DNA from: Lama guanicoe
Lineage: Eukaryota
Assembly: GCA_013239625.1 (NCBI GenBank)
Contig: MU053810.1
Span: forward strand, 2,863,518-2,927,517
Reading direction: 5' to 3'
DNA: 64,000 nucleotides
In this document: positions 63,721 through 64,000 of the stretch, piece by piece
Position numbering within the stretch: position 1 is the first letter of the stretch
How the letters are laid out: every line of letters begins with the position of its first letter
Position numbers and translations under genes: made by a program
The notes under the pieces: generated by a model
Seen by the model: only the letters and a program-made list of their open reading frames with translations
What the model was told of the DNA's origin: nothing
The model's database searches: none

Positions 63721-64000
63721 GTACGCTTTCCTTGTAAGTAGTATGTGACATAATGGTACAACATGCTATAACAGCAAAGCCATTGCTTACTATGTGACTC
63801 ACTATAGGACACCTTAAAAATTGAGCTTCAGATATAACATCAATAAAATCACGCCCCCCTCCTCCCAACCTCATCTTCTGACCAGGAGGTTATGCATTAT
63901 GCAGGATAAAAACCTGATGTTTAACACAGATCATATAGCATTGGCACTTTCCCAGTTTTTTTTTTAAGATTCATAAAGTATGTTTTCTGCTGAGTTTCCA

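Noticed and set aside
63796..63808. GACTCACTATAGG, a 13-bp match to the T7 promoter (also CCCTCACTATAG near 18178)
   Set aside because: Lacks the TAATAC 5' part and has no flanking vector sequence; consistent with chance.
1..64000. CRISPR arrays, operons, or defence and other multi-gene systems
   Set aside because: The window is intronic and exonic DNA of one mammalian gene; no repeat-spacer arrays or long non-repeat ORFs were seen.

Overview
Mammalian genomic DNA, most likely a camelid (alpaca or camel), judged from three vic-1-like tRNA-derived SINEs. The whole window appears to lie inside the DNAJC1 (ERdj1/MTJ1) gene on the minus strand. Six coding exons (orthologous exons 2-7) have canonical AG/GT sites and join in one open frame, encoding the J-domain with HPD, the transmembrane helix and the basic cytosolic motif. 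Exon 1 and exons 8 onward were not found and are inferred to lie outside the window. The introns hold L1, L2, L3/CR1, MIR, MaLR and hAT/TcMar fossils plus lineage-specific insertions. Repeat subfamily names are from recognition by eye and most repeat boundaries are approximate. I see no convincing novel multi-gene system. The best leads are a gene-sense solo LTR in intron 7, an unidentified retrocopy-like segment in intron 1, candidate poison-exon and recursive-splice signals, and several motif-dense non-repeat islands.
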